Source of the DNA: Escherichia phage vB_Eco_BGP
Strand: one strand, 5' to 3'
DNA: 64,000 bases
Sequence record: OZ035849
The notes beneath the pieces were generated by a model that worked only from the letters and a program-made list of their open reading frames with translations, searched no databases and had not been told where the DNA came from. Numbering within the stretch: the stretch's first letter is position 1; the number at the start of each line of letters is the position of its first letter. Shown one piece after another: positions 29,054 to 40,924 of this stretch. The position numbers were made by a program, and so were the translations under genes.

Positions 29054-32000
29054 TTACATAAGTTTAGATTCAAGTTCTTTTACACGAGAAGAAAGCGTTT
29101 TCACAGCTTCAACCAGAAGAGCGATCTGGGCTTGAGAAGAAACAGTGAGTATTTTATTACCCCTGCTGTCTTCTGTTTCACGGACAGCTTCTGGTAAAAC
29201 GTCTTGTAACGTTTGAGCCACAATACCCGCTTCAGTTTCAATTGCCTCTCCACCGATGTATTCAGCTTTATCATAAATGACACCATTAAGTTTTTCAACT
29301 TTATCAAGTGCATTTTCGATAGGTTTGAAGTTAGATTTTAAACGAATATCAGAACGAATATAAACGTTTGGAGCATTTATATTTTTATATGAGTACAAAT
29401 CACCGTTTTGGAAACGGAACACTTGCACGTTGTTCGCATATATGTCTAATAATCCATCGCCATTTTGCTTAATACCAGTATCGCTATCACCAAATGCTAT
29501 ACTATTTCCACCAAGTGCGTTATTGATATTAATACCAAATGAATTCATTTGATTAACACCAGCTACAGTAGCATTATTTACTACAAAGCGGTTAGCTCCA
29601 CCTGGAGCTTTTTCAAAGTAAGCAATATAGTTAGTTTCATCGGCAATTTCAATACGGTTACCGCGAGAAGCATCGCCAGCATGAAATATTCTCATATTTC
29701 TCGGGTTAGCACCAGACTTATCAAAGTTAATGCTTCCATTATTTTTGATGTTAAGGCCATTATAAAACTCTGATACCCCAGAAACGCTCATAGAGTTTGA
29801 AATAGTTACTTTACCTGAAGCGATATTGATAGAAAAAGGTCTCAAGCTATTATAAGAACCCGAGGCTTTAGTTTTATCAGTATCGGTATTTTTATCTGTT
29901 AATAATATGTGGAACGTAGTACCATCATTATAAAACAGAGCAGCTGCAGAGCCACTTTCGTCGCCGTTAGATTTGTGACGGTATCCTATAGTAGTATTTG
30001 CCACAAAAGTTGCATTTGTAGAAATATTAGAACTACCCGCGTCAAAAACGCCTGAGCTATTATTAAGAAGTTTAAAAACACGACCTTTAACAATATCTAC
30101 AGGAAGCTCTTCTACCGGTGATTGCGTAGGCCCATATAATCCATGAACTACCACAGAAGCATTTTCTGAAGTGCTATATTCTATGGTAAGTCTATTTAAA
30201 TAAGTGCCACAACTAATATAAACATCATACTCATCGCCTGAGGTATTAATATACGCAATATCTTTAATAGCATCTGTTTCACGTTGCCACAAAACACCGT
30301 TAATTCCTTTAGGTGTATTATTACCAGAACGTAATACAATTTCATTAATTGTTGCTTGTTCGAAAATACCAACGTTAAAACCGGAACCGCCTGTTATTTT
30401 AAATTGGACCGTAGCTACACCTTGAGGCATAGTTACTGTTGCCAATTTATACCAACCGCTTACAGAAGAATAGTTAATCCAGCCGGTAGTTACTTTACGG
30501 TTTAAAGTCGTATTTAGGTTAGCAAAGTTACCAGAACCACCGGTAATATTACCGTCTGTTCCGATACGAATATTTCCAGCACCTAATTTACCAGGAGAGT
30601 AAAAATCACCATTTTTGTTAAATTCCCAGCCTAAATCCTTTATAATCGCACCAGTTGAACCGCCATCACCACCTTCATGATAATGAACTCTAAAATTACC
30701 GCCATTAATTAAAGTACCAATAGAATAGCAACTATTATTTTGTACGTATCTCTGTTTAACAATTGGAACGTAAGTACTTGTATCTGTGCGATTAATATTC
30801 ATATAGAACGGAGCACGGACGTTTTCATTATTTTGCGAAGCAAATGAACCTGCACCGGCTGGACGAACGGCATCAGTGCATTCTGCATCAATATATGTCG
30901 ACTGCCCCAATTGCATTCTAAAGTTGGCATTAATGCGAGAGTTACTGTTTATAGTAGTTAAAGCATTATTTTGATCTACTATAAAAGAATCTCTTCCTAA
31001 CCCAACCATGCCATCGCTTAATCCTATTCTAACAGGTCTTAAAGAGCTGTGAATGTCTCCACTTTCGCCTTCATTTTGATTGGTTGGAATAATATAAAAG
31101 TTACTTTCTGAACGACGGAAAATAGCGCCATATTCGGCGTTCCAAATTCTCAATGCGTTTGCTGTTCCGCCAAATTTAGCCTGACCATTTACTGACATGC
31201 CATTATTGGCAACTAAACTTGATTCAGTAACAATAGAACCAGATGATGTAATACCCCCACCAGTTAATAATGCTCCAGCAATTCTGAATTGAACTACTCC
31301 AGTTGTTGAACCTGCCGCAGGAGCTACACGCTGCGCATAAAAATAATAACCTTGTCCATCAGCTACTTCAAAAACTGATTCACGAGCGCGATCGCCAGAT
31401 GTGTTAAAGGCGTTACCCCATGCTTTGATAGATAGATAACTTTTATTCTGACCTGGGCGAGTACCGCCGGCCCACAATATAGTTTTAGTGCCATCTGTTG
31501 TTGTAGGAGCGTCAAGTTGAATACCGTCGGGTCTAGCACCAGTAAGAACTAATCCGTTATCAAATTTAATTCTTTGTATTGAAGATACTGTTCCGTCAGC
31601 ATAAAACTGTACGTTATTAGAGCCAGTTACCAATTTCAAAATACCCGGATTAACTTCCATGCCTTCTTGAGTATTAATATTAGTTTTTCCTTTACCACGG
31701 AAATAGTGGTTCATTTTACCGCCAGAGTTATATCCAATATGGGTTTGACCGTCTCCAGCAGTGTTTTCATCAGCCTGTGTTTGAACCGATAAAAACGCGG
31801 CGTTCGTTCCAGGCATATTCCATGTTCCGCCTTGGTCTTCTGAACGTCCAAATAATGCTTTACGAGTACTACGGAAACTGTCAGGAGTAATAGACGCGAT
31901 AGAAAGACCATTAGCAACTAAATCATATACACCAGATCTTTTATATGATACACCAGTTGCGGCATCTCCAATGACTATATAGCATTCACCCATTGCTCCA

Positions 32001-32923
32001 GTGGAGCCGTAATTATTAATGTTTTCATCTGTTGTAATTGTACCAATTGCGAGTGAGCGTCGCAACACTAAAGACCCATCATTGCGAAGGCCCATTTGTT
32101 TATTAACGGCTGTATTACCGGTCCACCAAGACAGTTCATCACTTTTTCCGGTTTGTGCAGAAGCTAATTCATGATAAATCGTACCACCAGATTTTGCACG
32201 GAATTTACGAAGGTAATTAATTCCGTTTGTTTCACCAGTTCCAGGATAAACATATTGAACTAATGACTGCGAATCGTATTGTCCAAACGCTTTCGTATCA
32301 AATGAAATATTTTTAGTTACAACAGATGGACCAATCAAAGAACCTGTTCTTGTTTCAATATTACTCTGAGCGACTAAATACCCACCAGATACTAATAAAT
32401 TACCAGAATCAACTTGAAAATTACCTGAGCGCGCAAATGTCCAATATTTAGATTGACCAGTTTCATCAATATAATGAATCTTCAACGAACCTTCAGAAAC
32501 TAAAGTACCTAATGAAAAAGTTCCATCTTTAAAGCGCTGTTTAATTATAGGATTATATTCAGATGTGGAAGTAGCTGAGCTTAAATCTACAAAAATTGGA
32601 GCTTTCGCAGTATGTTGACCGGACCAAGCCCCACTTCCAGTAGTACGATAATTAAACTCAATATATCCACCACTTGCTATAATCTGTGGGCCAATTAAAT
32701 TAAATTTTCCAGTCTGTGTATAATCACCAGTTTGAGTGATATTACCACTGATATTACCGCCAGCGGAAATGCTTAAGTCAATGATATTTCCTGAATCGTC
32801 TTTAGTAAAAATTGTTCTATCTTTTAAATTTATAGCCAATTCACCTTCGGCTAATACTGAAGCAGCAGGACGTGCACCTGCGGTTTTGCTTCTTTTAAAT
32901 TGTATTTGTTTTAAAGTAGCCAT
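29054..32923 (-). CDS. 37: long tail fibre distal subunit gp37
   Basis: 1289 aa; N-terminus [13 protein letters not shown] as T4 gp37; C-terminus differs from T4 and resembles an intramolecular chaperone domain. Confidence 0.9.
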   Translation of the reverse strand: MATLKQIQFKRSKTAGARPAASVLAEGELAINLKDRTIFTKDDSGNIIDLSISAGGNISGNITQTGDYTQTGKFNLIGPQIIASGGYIEFNYRTTGSGAWSGQHTAKAPIFVDLSSATSTSEYNPIIKQRFKDGTFSLGTLVSEGSLKIHYIDETGQSKYWTFARSGNFQVDSGNLLVSGGYLVAQSNIETRTGSLIGPSVVTKNISFDTKAFGQYDSQSLVQYVYPGTGETNGINYLRKFRAKSGGTIYHELASAQTGKSDELSWWTGNTAVNKQMGLRNDGSLVLRRSLAIGTITTDENINNYGSTGAMGECYIVIGDAATGVSYKRSGVYDLVANGLSIASITPDSFRSTRKALFGRSEDQGGTWNMPGTNAAFLSVQTQADENTAGDGQTHIGYNSGGKMNHYFRGKGKTNINTQEGMEVNPGILKLVTGSNNVQFYADGTVSSIQRIKFDNGLVLTGARPDGIQLDAPTTTDGTKTILWAGGTRPGQNKSYLSIKAWGNAFNTSGDRARESVFEVADGQGYYFYAQRVAPAAGSTTGVVQFRIAGALLTGGGITSSGSIVTESSLVANNGMSVNGQAKFGGTANALRIWNAEYGAIFRRSESNFYIIPTNQNEGESGDIHSSLRPVRIGLSDGMVGLGRDSFIVDQNNALTTINSNSRINANFRMQLGQSTYIDAECTDAVRPAGAGSFASQNNENVRAPFYMNINRTDTSTYVPIVKQRYVQNNSCYSIGTLINGGNFRVHYHEGGDGGSTGAIIKDLGWEFNKNGDFYSPGKLGAGNIRIGTDGNITGGSGNFANLNTTLNRKVTTGWINYSSVSGWYKLATVTMPQGVATVQFKITGGSGFNVGIFEQATINEIVLRSGNNTPKGINGVLWQRETDAIKDIAYINTSGDEYDVYISCGTYLNRLTIEYSTSENASVVVHGLYGPTQSPVEELPVDIVKGRVFKLLNNSSGVFDAGSSNISTNATFVANTTIGYRHKSNGDESGSAAALFYNDGTTFHILLTDKNTDTDKTKASGSYNSLRPFSINIASGKVTISNSMSVSGVSEFYNGLNIKNNGSINFDKSGANPRNMRIFHAGDASRGNRIEIADETNYIAYFEKAPGGANRFVVNNATVAGVNQMNSFGININNALGGNSIAFGDSDTGIKQNGDGLLDIYANNVQVFRFQNGDLYSYKNINAPNVYIRSDIRLKSNFKPIENALDKVEKLNGVIYDKAEYIGGEAIETEAGIVAQTLQDVLPEAVRETEDSRGNKILTVSSQAQIALLVEAVKTLSSRVKELESKLM

Positions 32924-32931
32924 AAGTCCTC

Positions 32932-33594
32932 TTAATAATAGCCGAAATCTTGAACAGAATCCTTAATTACGATTTGGTCAAATCGTGGAACATGTGAAGG
33001 TTGAGATGCGGGATTCTGCGAGAAAAAGTTTGGTGCGGTTAAGTTACCCGTCATAGTGTCGCCAGATCGTAACACTCTAGAGTTTGCATTTGCTGTAACA
33101 GTATTTATTGCTCCATCAACATAGTCCTTTCTAGTAAGGTCATTCGCTGCTATAGGAGCAACTGCATTACTTCTTATTTGACCTACTGCTGTCACAACGC
33201 CTTTTGTACTAATATCACCATTACGTGCATTAATTACAACAGTTCGGTCTGCTGAACCTTGTGATGATTTAAAACCAATACCATTCCACGAAACGATGTC
33301 AATATTTGCCATAGCAAAAGTAGCTGCATCACCGTTACCTGGATAAACACCGCACTGTTGACTACTACCTATAGTAGGAACATGTACTCCTCCATTAAAT
33401 CGAACAGTCGCGGCGTAAGTACCACCATTAGCTTTAGAAACGAAATCGTTATCAGCAGCTTGTGGTTTATTATATTCTGAATATAGTTTAAATGATTTAT
33501 AGAGTACATCGTCACCGGCTGGATTCAATGGAAAATTTCCTTGATGCCAAATGACAGAGCCTCCGGTTGTTGAACCTACTTTTAAATCAGCCAT
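32932..33594 (-). CDS. 36: long tail fibre subunit gp36
   Basis: 220 aa; size and synteny; late promoter upstream. Confidence 0.85.
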   Translation of the reverse strand: MADLKVGSTTGGSVIWHQGNFPLNPAGDDVLYKSFKLYSEYNKPQAADNDFVSKANGGTYAATVRFNGGVHVPTIGSSQQCGVYPGNGDAATFAMANIDIVSWNGIGFKSSQGSADRTVVINARNGDISTKGVVTAVGQIRSNAVAPIAANDLTRKDYVDGAINTVTANANSRVLRSGDTMTGNLTAPNFFSQNPASQPSHVPRFDQIVIKDSVQDFGYY

Positions 33595-33617
33595 TGTATG
33601 CCCCTTTATTTTAATAG

Positions 33618-33625
33618 TATTTATA
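33618..33625 (-). promoter_or_regulatory. late promoter TATAAATA for gene 36
   Basis: Reverse complement of 33618-33625 is TATAAATA, about 24 nt before the gene 36 ATG. Confidence 0.6.
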
Positions 33626-33651
33626 AAGAAAAAGGGAACCCGAAGGCTCCC
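33626..33651 (-). terminator. terminator-like hairpin after gene 35 (GGGAGCC-UUCG-GGUUCCC, U-run)
   Basis: Minus-strand hairpin with G-U pair, followed by U-rich run. Confidence 0.5.
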
Positions 33652-33656
33652 TCAGT

Positions 33657-34772
33657 TTAAACTTCTCTAAATTCTTGCCCAAACACTTTACCAGTTTTAG
33701 ACGATGCTTGTGTAGGAAGTACCATTATATCCGGAGGTGAAGCAGATTCGCAGATATAATTAACACGAATACCATTGACGCCAAATTCAGCAGGTTTTGA
33801 AATACCGCCGTTTCTTGATACTTCAGAAAAGCTTAAATTTCTCATGCCACCTTGTCCAGCTTGTGCAGTTCTTTGTGCATATATCGTAAATCCAACTGCA
33901 TTTTCTGGAACAACTACATAATCTTCCTTTAATTCCCAAGACCCAGCTTGTCCAGTAAACTCAGCTTGTGTCGAGGAAATATATCCGTTAGATGCATTAT
34001 AAAAACGGATAGATATATTTGTTGTTCCAAGAGCAAGTAAATCGTCATCAGCATATAACTGGGCTTTAAGATAAAGAACGTCACCAGGAATTAAATTATA
34101 ATCAGATAATTTACTTATAGCAGCTGAAGTTGGCAATCTCGCAATTTCGTTATTAGTTCCGCCAACTGCCGACATAAATTGCTCAACGCTTTCATATGTT
34201 CTTCTTGGAAACCCGGTAGCTCCAACGTCTTCTAAACTGTCAAATACAACATCTAAAATAGTTTGATAGTCATCTGTGCTTTTTCTATTACTTAGTTTAA
34301 CATGCTCCAATGCAATAGCTCTTTTAGAAGAAGTGTAAAAAGCAGCATATGATACGTCAAATCTTGACAATATAGAATCAGATGGAAAAGCAGACGTTCC
34401 TGCAGCTCTTAACCAAGATACTACTTCAGGAGGAAAATTAACCTTTCCGCTAGTTAATATAGCAACAAGTCTGTTATTCGTCAAAGAATTCATGAAACTA
34501 ACAAAAGCAGCTGATGTAGTATCGTTTGAAGTCGAAAAGGCGTATGACTTACTATCAACTAATGCTCCGGTGGAAGGGTCAAAAACTCTTAGATGAAGAC
34601 CTGCGCTAAATGTTTGACTTCCAACAGGATTATCCTGAAATTTAACGTATGGTCCTGCCGTAGAAAGCGGGCAAGAACCCGCTATACTTATTTTATATCT
34701 TACTGAATTACTTTCCGATAAAAATGGCGTTTGGACATATCCTTGTCCAAACTCTGCCATAAATTTTTCCAT
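33657..34772 (-). CDS. 35: tail fibre hinge protein gp35
   Basis: 371 aa, MEKFMAE...; matches T4 gp35. Confidence 0.88.
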   Translation of the reverse strand: MEKFMAEFGQGYVQTPFLSESNSVRYKISIAGSCPLSTAGPYVKFQDNPVGSQTFSAGLHLRVFDPSTGALVDSKSYAFSTSNDTTSAAFVSFMNSLTNNRLVAILTSGKVNFPPEVVSWLRAAGTSAFPSDSILSRFDVSYAAFYTSSKRAIALEHVKLSNRKSTDDYQTILDVVFDSLEDVGATGFPRRTYESVEQFMSAVGGTNNEIARLPTSAAISKLSDYNLIPGDVLYLKAQLYADDDLLALGTTNISIRFYNASNGYISSTQAEFTGQAGSWELKEDYVVVPENAVGFTIYAQRTAQAGQGGMRNLSFSEVSRNGGISKPAEFGVNGIRVNYICESASPPDIMVLPTQASSKTGKVFGQEFREV

Positions 34773-34780
34773 AATACCTC

Positions 34781-37700
34781 TTATTCAACCCATTCAAATT
34801 TAACCGTTTTATTCACTGGGTCAGGAATAATGCGAACATTACCAATTCGTAAGAAATCACGAATAGTAAGATTCCCCATTGTAGCATTATCAGATGGTAA
34901 AGCACCGATATCAGACGGCTGAGGAGGGTTACCTCCATCAAATACCTGAACAAAACTTGACCAAGAGTTTTTGGTTTTCTGCCATGTACGTGTCCAGCGA
35001 GTGGTACGTGCTTCTGGAGTCGTTGGATAAGTAATCCAATCTTGGTAAAGCGAATCAAGTGTGTTACCAAACTGAGTCAATGTACCAGGAGATTTAACTT
35101 CTTCGCCACGTTCTAAGTATGGAAGCCCAGTCACTTCATTAGTTTTTTCAACCATTTTAAAATAACCTGGGAACTGGTTATAAGTAGCTGAATCATTAAT
35201 ATCGATTGACCAGAATCCTACAGTATCAGACGTTGGCGCACGGGTATATAAGTCAGATGTTTTAGTGCCCTGAGAACGAATTCTCGAGTTAACAGTTAAA
35301 CCACCTGAATTTATAGTAGCACCTTTGGCAATGATTAAGCTTTCACCAATCGTTACTTGACCAGATGCATTATTAATAGCTAAAGGACGTAATCCATTAA
35401 ATCCGCCAGTCTGATCACCCGATGCAGTAAGCATAAAATAGGTGTTAGCAGCATCATTGCGAATAAAGAATCCATAGTCGCCATTTATTGCTCTGAAAGC
35501 ATTTGCAGACTTGCTGATGAATTCACCATTAGCAGTAACTGAACTACCAAATGTTGCAACGCCGTTCGCATTCAAAGAACCCGAAGCATTAACATTTATT
35601 GGCATTACAGTACCATTGATACTAAACGTTATATTCCCAGCTTTATTGCGTTGAGAATAAAAGTGATTAGACGTTTCATCACCAACTTCAAATACAGTAG
35701 AACGCATTGTATCTGAACCGCCACCAAACTGATTTCCCCAAACTCTGATAGTCATCGTCTGCGCTGGGTTAGTTCCAGTTTGAGGTCCTTTCTCAAAAAT
35801 CAGACGAGTTGCCGTTCCAGTATTAGAAATAGTTAATGTGCTGTTTGCCGAAACTGATCCGCCAAACGTAGCAGTACTAGATGATACAAGAGGGGCACTC
35901 AGATTCGTTTGTTGAGTTAAGGTTAGTGAACCATTAACTGTCTGTGCAATATCCCTACGAATGAACTGAGATGAATCTAGACCATCCAATAAATTTGTAT
36001 CAGCAGCTTTTGCTTTTAATGGCAAATAATTTGCTAATACACGGTTTAATTCATATGGTGATACTGCATAGCTGTTTTTCTCGTATAGCTCTAAGTCCTG
36101 CGTAGAACCAGCTGTATCATTACCAACGAATGTAATTGAACCAGATGAAGTTTTAACAAAGCCTCTTATCGCAGTAGTAGCTGCCCAAGTAGGTTCACTC
36201 TGCACAATCCATTTTAAATTTTTTGGAGATACAGCAGTATTTGCTGATGTTCCAGTCACAGTTTCAGACTGAGTTGCAACTTTAATAACACCTTCTTGCG
36301 ATTCGGTAGATTTAGTACCTAAAAGCTTTTTAGGAGTTATTAAAACATTATCTAATGTTCCTGCAGCAGCTTCAACCTGTGTAGCTACACGAAGTGTACC
36401 ACGCTGTGTCTCATTTGCTTCAAGAATATTAAGGGTATAATGGTCCCAGAGAGTTCCTGATTCAACTAATCCAGATAGAGCAACAACAGAAGTACGATCA
36501 GTACTATTAAATCTAGTTTTAATTTTTAATGGTGTAGAGATACGAGTATCGTCGACGCCTGCGTCGAATTCAACTTGTGTAGCAATTTCAGCTATACCAC
36601 TTAAACTTTCAGTTGCTCTACGGTCATTTAAAGTTTTAGGAGTGACTGCACGAGTATAATCAGTTCCTGTATTAACTTCACTTTGTGTAGCAATTTCAAT
36701 TAAACCAATTCTTCCATCAGTTGATGTCTTTTTATGTAACGTTTCTGGCGTTACAACAGCATTTGCCCATCCTTCCTGACTTTGTCCAGCAATTACTTCA
36801 CTTTCAACTGCTAAAATTACTGCACCTTGCTGTGTTGGAGTAGCTTTATACTGATCCAAAGCTTTAGGTGAAACAACTAAATTATTAGTGTTTTTATTAT
36901 AAACATTCGTACCATTTAATTCACGACTAGAAGCTGGAGTAGCACCTGCAGTAGATACAAAAGTTACAATACCAGATAATGATTCAGAACCTTGGCGAGC
37001 TTGAAGCTTTTTAGGAGTGATGATTGTAGTATCATCAGTACCTGTATTAGTTTCCTGCTGCGTAGCAATTTCAGCAACACCTCTACGAGTTTCTGTAGCA
37101 GTTCTTTCATTCAGCTTTTTAGGAGTAATGATAAGGTCATCTGCAAAAGAGAATGTGGTGTTCTGATTCACTTGAGCAGTAGTTGCTATTCTTGCGATAC
37201 CTCTACGAGTTTCAGTAGCAGTACGATTAGCTAATGTTTCTGGAGTAATTGCTAATTCTTTTTGTGGAGAATTTTCTAAATCGACATTAGCTTGAGCTTG
37301 TGTAGCTAAAGCAATTACGCCTAATCTTGCTCTAGTAGAATCATTTAAAGAGTCTACTCTTTCTACAGTTGGAACGTTTTGCTGTACAACCCAGTATTTT
37401 CCATCAGAATCTTCTATATAAGCAAGCTGTAAAACTGGAACATAATTAGTTTCACCGTTAAAAACTAATTCTTGAACAGTTACCCATTTAGTTTCAGGCG
37501 GATATTCTGAACGTTTTGGGAATTGCAGCAATTGAACTGAAGAAGCAATTTTATCTTCGCCCGCAGCTTTGATTTTAACTGTTTGTCCTTTTCTCATGTA
37601 ATTCATGGAAATTTTAACAGTATCACCAACAGAAATATTAGTTGGAAGCTGAAGCTCAATTGTTTGAGTTGTTCCGTTATTCGCACCAAATACCATGACT

Positions 37701-38650
37701 TCTTCGTTTGGACGAATATTAGAATTAGTCGTTATAATGCGTAAACGTGCTTTACTATCCCCGTCAAACAATCTCCACAATTTCTCATTATCATCAAACA
37801 TCAAGAAACCGTCAATCGATGTACGGCCTTCAATGGAATGAGTTCCAACTTCTTGTACTGAAGTCGTTTCATCGTATGTAGTAACAATTGTATGATAAAG
37901 TGGATTCAGTTTATCTAAATCAACGAAATTAATAATATCGCCATGATTAGCAAATCTTGGAAGTTTAACATTAATTGGTGCAGCAGAAGTAAATCTACGT
38001 ACGATAAAATCATTTGATTGCGCTTGATAAGTATTCGCTGGTGTTACAACTACAGCTTCTCTACTATAATCAGCAACATACATTTGCCACAGACGATTAC
38101 TAAAAATTAAAACTAGCTGTGACTTTGGATGAGTCATTAGTACTGAACGTACTTGCTCGCCTCTGAAGTTTACAATACTTTGCACCGGAGCTACAATTAA
38201 AACTTGGTTAACTCCAGGTTTTCCTCCAATATCTTGGAGAACGATAGTATCACCATCAATTGGGGTAGATGGTAAAGTAAATGTAATATCATTACCAGCT
38301 GCGGTGTTAACCGAAATAGCTTCACCAGATTTTAATTGATATGAACCAGATGAAACCGTAATCCAGTTAGCATCGGTACGTAATGCTCTCCAGCGTCCGC
38401 TATTAAAAGCTCCTGCCGGTTTTGGAATATCATTTATAGCAGCCCAAAAGCGGTTATCATAAATGATTACAAAATCTTTTAAATATCCACGAGTTGGATC
38501 GTATTGTTGAACTGTGTTTTCTTGAATTAAGTAATCAACGTTAACACCGTCAGTTCCTACGGTACGATCAGCTAAAGCTACGTTGATTATTTTATCACCA
38601 CCTGCGTCCAGACCGTCTTCTGCTCTGAACTTTCTTTTAATCTCGGCCAT
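34781..38650 (-). CDS. 34: long tail fibre proximal subunit gp34
   Basis: 1289 aa; matches T4 gp34; internal repeats of about 35 aa (ITPKKL...ATQ). Confidence 0.95.
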   Translation of the reverse strand: MAEIKRKFRAEDGLDAGGDKIINVALADRTVGTDGVNVDYLIQENTVQQYDPTRGYLKDFVIIYDNRFWAAINDIPKPAGAFNSGRWRALRTDANWITVSSGSYQLKSGEAISVNTAAGNDITFTLPSTPIDGDTIVLQDIGGKPGVNQVLIVAPVQSIVNFRGEQVRSVLMTHPKSQLVLIFSNRLWQMYVADYSREAVVVTPANTYQAQSNDFIVRRFTSAAPINVKLPRFANHGDIINFVDLDKLNPLYHTIVTTYDETTSVQEVGTHSIEGRTSIDGFLMFDDNEKLWRLFDGDSKARLRIITTNSNIRPNEEVMVFGANNGTTQTIELQLPTNISVGDTVKISMNYMRKGQTVKIKAAGEDKIASSVQLLQFPKRSEYPPETKWVTVQELVFNGETNYVPVLQLAYIEDSDGKYWVVQQNVPTVERVDSLNDSTRARLGVIALATQAQANVDLENSPQKELAITPETLANRTATETRRGIARIATTAQVNQNTTFSFADDLIITPKKLNERTATETRRGVAEIATQQETNTGTDDTTIITPKKLQARQGSESLSGIVTFVSTAGATPASSRELNGTNVYNKNTNNLVVSPKALDQYKATPTQQGAVILAVESEVIAGQSQEGWANAVVTPETLHKKTSTDGRIGLIEIATQSEVNTGTDYTRAVTPKTLNDRRATESLSGIAEIATQVEFDAGVDDTRISTPLKIKTRFNSTDRTSVVALSGLVESGTLWDHYTLNILEANETQRGTLRVATQVEAAAGTLDNVLITPKKLLGTKSTESQEGVIKVATQSETVTGTSANTAVSPKNLKWIVQSEPTWAATTAIRGFVKTSSGSITFVGNDTAGSTQDLELYEKNSYAVSPYELNRVLANYLPLKAKAADTNLLDGLDSSQFIRRDIAQTVNGSLTLTQQTNLSAPLVSSSTATFGGSVSANSTLTISNTGTATRLIFEKGPQTGTNPAQTMTIRVWGNQFGGGSDTMRSTVFEVGDETSNHFYSQRNKAGNITFSINGTVMPINVNASGSLNANGVATFGSSVTANGEFISKSANAFRAINGDYGFFIRNDAANTYFMLTASGDQTGGFNGLRPLAINNASGQVTIGESLIIAKGATINSGGLTVNSRIRSQGTKTSDLYTRAPTSDTVGFWSIDINDSATYNQFPGYFKMVEKTNEVTGLPYLERGEEVKSPGTLTQFGNTLDSLYQDWITYPTTPEARTTRWTRTWQKTKNSWSSFVQVFDGGNPPQPSDIGALPSDNATMGNLTIRDFLRIGNVRIIPDPVNKTVKFEWVE

Positions 38651-38684
38651 TCTCCCGGGCTCCTATTGTGTTTTCAATAATAAG

Positions 38685-38692
38685 TATTTATA
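38685..38692 (-). promoter_or_regulatory. late promoter TATAAATA for gene 34
   Basis: Reverse complement is TATAAATA, about 35 nt before the gene 34 ATG. Confidence 0.6.
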
Positions 38693-38695
38693 CTT

Positions 38696-38724
38696 GTTTA
38701 CTTTAAGATTTGGATGGTATATAA
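38696..38724 (+). promoter_or_regulatory. T4-type early promoter for rnh
   Basis: GTTTAC 38696-38701, TATAAT 38719-38724. Confidence 0.6.
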
Positions 38725-38754
38725 TAGAAATCTCACTAATTGAACGAGGTTCAT

Positions 38755-39672
38755 ATGGATTTAGAAATGATGCTGGATGAAGATTACAAAGAAGGAATTT
38801 GCTTTATTGACTTTAGTCAAATTGCTCTTTCAACTGCTCTGGTAAACTTCCCAGATAAAGAAAAAATTAATTTATCAATGGTTCGTCATTTGATATTGAA
38901 CTCAATTAAGTTTAATGTCAAAAAAGCAAAAACGCTTGGATACACTAAAATTGTACTGTGTATTGATAACGCGAAATCTGGATACTGGCGTCGTGATTTC
39001 GCTTATTATTATAAGAAAAACCGTGGAAAAGCGCGAGAAGAATCTACTTGGGACTGGGAAGGTTATTTTGAATCCAGCCATAAAGTTATAGATGAATTGA
39101 AAGCTTATATGCCATACATTGTTATGGATATTGATAAGTATGAAGCAGATGACCACATTGCTGTTCTTGTTAAAAAGTTCTCTTTAGAAGGACACAAGAT
39201 TTTAATCATTTCATCTGATGGTGACTTTACTCAACTTCACAAATATCCAAATGTTAAGCAATGGTCACCGATGCATAAGAAATGGGTTAAAATTAAAAGC
39301 GGTTCTGCTGAAATTGACTGTATGACTAAAATCCTTAAAGGCGATAAAAAGGATAACGTTGCTTCAGTTAAAGTACGATCTGACTTTTGGTTTACCAAAG
39401 TTGAAGGTGAACGAACTCCTTCAATGAAAACTTCAATCGTTGAAGCTATTGCTAATGACCGTGAGCAAGCTAAGGTGCTTCTCACAGAATCTGAATATAA
39501 TCGTTATAAAGAAAATCTAGTTCTAATTGATTTTGATTATATTCCTGATAATATTGCTTCAAACATTGTGAATTACTATAATTCATATAAATTACCACCG
39601 CGTGGCAAAATTTATTCATATTTTGTAAAAGCGGGTCTTTCTAAATTAACTAATAGCATTAATGAATTTTGA
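38755..39672 (+). CDS. rnh: RNase H (5'-3' exonuclease, FEN family)
   Basis: 305 aa from ATG 38755 (MDLEMMLDEDYKEG...); matches T4 RNase H. Confidence 0.92.
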   Translation: MDLEMMLDEDYKEGICFIDFSQIALSTALVNFPDKEKINLSMVRHLILNSIKFNVKKAKTLGYTKIVLCIDNAKSGYWRRDFAYYYKKNRGKAREESTWDWEGYFESSHKVIDELKAYMPYIVMDIDKYEADDHIAVLVKKFSLEGHKILIISSDGDFTQLHKYPNVKQWSPMHKKWVKIKSGSAEIDCMTKILKGDKKDNVASVKVRSDFWFTKVEGERTPSMKTSIVEAIANDREQAKVLLTESEYNRYKENLVLIDFDYIPDNIASNIVNYYNSYKLPPRGKIYSYFVKAGLSKLTNSINEF

Positions 39673-39680
39673 GGTGAATA

Positions 39681-39950
39681 ATGGCTAAAAAAGAAATGGT
39701 TGAATTTGATGAAGCTATCCACGGCGAAGACTTGGCTAAATTTATTAAAGAAGCATCTGATCATAAACTGAAAATTTCTGGTTATAATGAATTGATTAAA
39801 GATATTCGAATTCGTGCCAAAGATGAACTTGGCGTTGATGGTAAGATGTTTAATCGTCTATTAGCTTTGTATCATAAAGATAACCGTGATGTGTTTGAAG
39901 CTGAAACTGAAGAGGTAGTTGAACTTTATGACACAGTTTTCTCTAAATGA
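39681..39950 (+). CDS. dsbA: dsDNA-binding protein DsbA
   Basis: 89 aa; matches T4 DsbA in size and position. Confidence 0.8.
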   Translation: MAKKEMVEFDEAIHGEDLAKFIKEASDHKLKISGYNELIKDIRIRAKDELGVDGKMFNRLLALYHKDNRDVFEAETEEVVELYDTVFSK

Positions 39951-40266
39951 TATTCGTCCGGTCGATGAGACCGGTCTTTCAGAAAAAGAACTCTCAATTA
40001 AGAAAGAAAAGGATGAAATTGCAAAGCTTCTTGACCGCCAAGAAAATGGATTTATTATTGAAAAAATGGTAGAAGAGTTTGGAATGAGTTATCTTGAAGC
40101 TACAACAGCATTCTTGGAAGAAAATTCTATTCCTGAAACTCAATTTGCTAAATTTATTCCTTCGGGTATAATTGAAAAAATTCAGTCAGAAGCTATTGAC
40201 GAAAATCTTTTACGTCCTTCTGTTGTTCGTTGTGAAAAAACTAATACATTAGATTTTCTATTATGA
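39928..40266 (+). CDS. 33: late transcription co-activator gp33
   Basis: 112 aa from ATG 39928 (track ORF begins at TTG 39919). Confidence 0.8.
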   Translation: MTQFSLNDIRPVDETGLSEKELSIKKEKDEIAKLLDRQENGFIIEKMVEEFGMSYLEATTAFLEENSIPETQFAKFIPSGIIEKIQSEAIDENLLRPSVVRCEKTNTLDFLL

Positions 40267-40916
40267 TTAAACTCCGCATGCCTGCTGGTGGTGAAAGATA
40301 TATTGATGGTAAATCAGTTTATAAATTATACTTAATGATAAAACAACATATGAATGGAAAGTATGATGTAATTAAGTATAATTGGTGCATGCGGGTGTCT
40401 GATGCCGCTTATCAAAAGCGAAGGGATAAGTATTTTTTCCAGAAGTTATCAGAAAAATATAAATTAAAGGAACTTGCTTTAATCTTTATAAGCAATCTTG
40501 TTGCTAACCAAGATGCTTGGATTGGTGACATCTCTGACGCTGATGCACTTGTGTTTTATCGTGAATATATCGGACGCTTAAAGCAAATTAAATTTAAGTT
40601 TGAAGAAGATATTCGCAACATTTATTATTTTAGTAAAAAAGTTGAAGTTTCTGCTTTTAAAGAAATCTTTGAATATAATCCAAAGGTTCAATCAAGTTAT
40701 ATTTTTAAACTGCTTCAGTCGAATATAATTTCGTTTGAAACGTTTATCTTGCTTGATTCGTTTTTAAATATAATTGATAAACATGATGAACAGACTGATA
40801 ATTTAGTCTGGAATAATTATTCTATAAAGTTAAAGGCTTATAGAAAAATTTTAAATATTGATTCACAGAAAGCTAAAAATGTTTTTATTGAAACTGTGAA
40901 ATCTTGCAAGTATTAA
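40263..40916 (+). CDS. 59: helicase loader gp59
   Basis: 217 aa; matches T4 gp59. Confidence 0.9.
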   Translation: MIKLRMPAGGERYIDGKSVYKLYLMIKQHMNGKYDVIKYNWCMRVSDAAYQKRRDKYFFQKLSEKYKLKELALIFISNLVANQDAWIGDISDADALVFYREYIGRLKQIKFKFEEDIRNIYYFSKKVEVSAFKEIFEYNPKVQSSYIFKLLQSNIISFETFILLDSFLNIIDKHDEQTDNLVWNNYSIKLKAYRKILNIDSQKAKNVFIETVKSCKY

Positions 40917-40924
40917 TTGCTTAT

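Noticed and set aside
34731-35070. Short ORFs overlapping the gene 35/34 junction on both strands
   Set aside because: Overlap the well-supported tail fibre genes; no SD.
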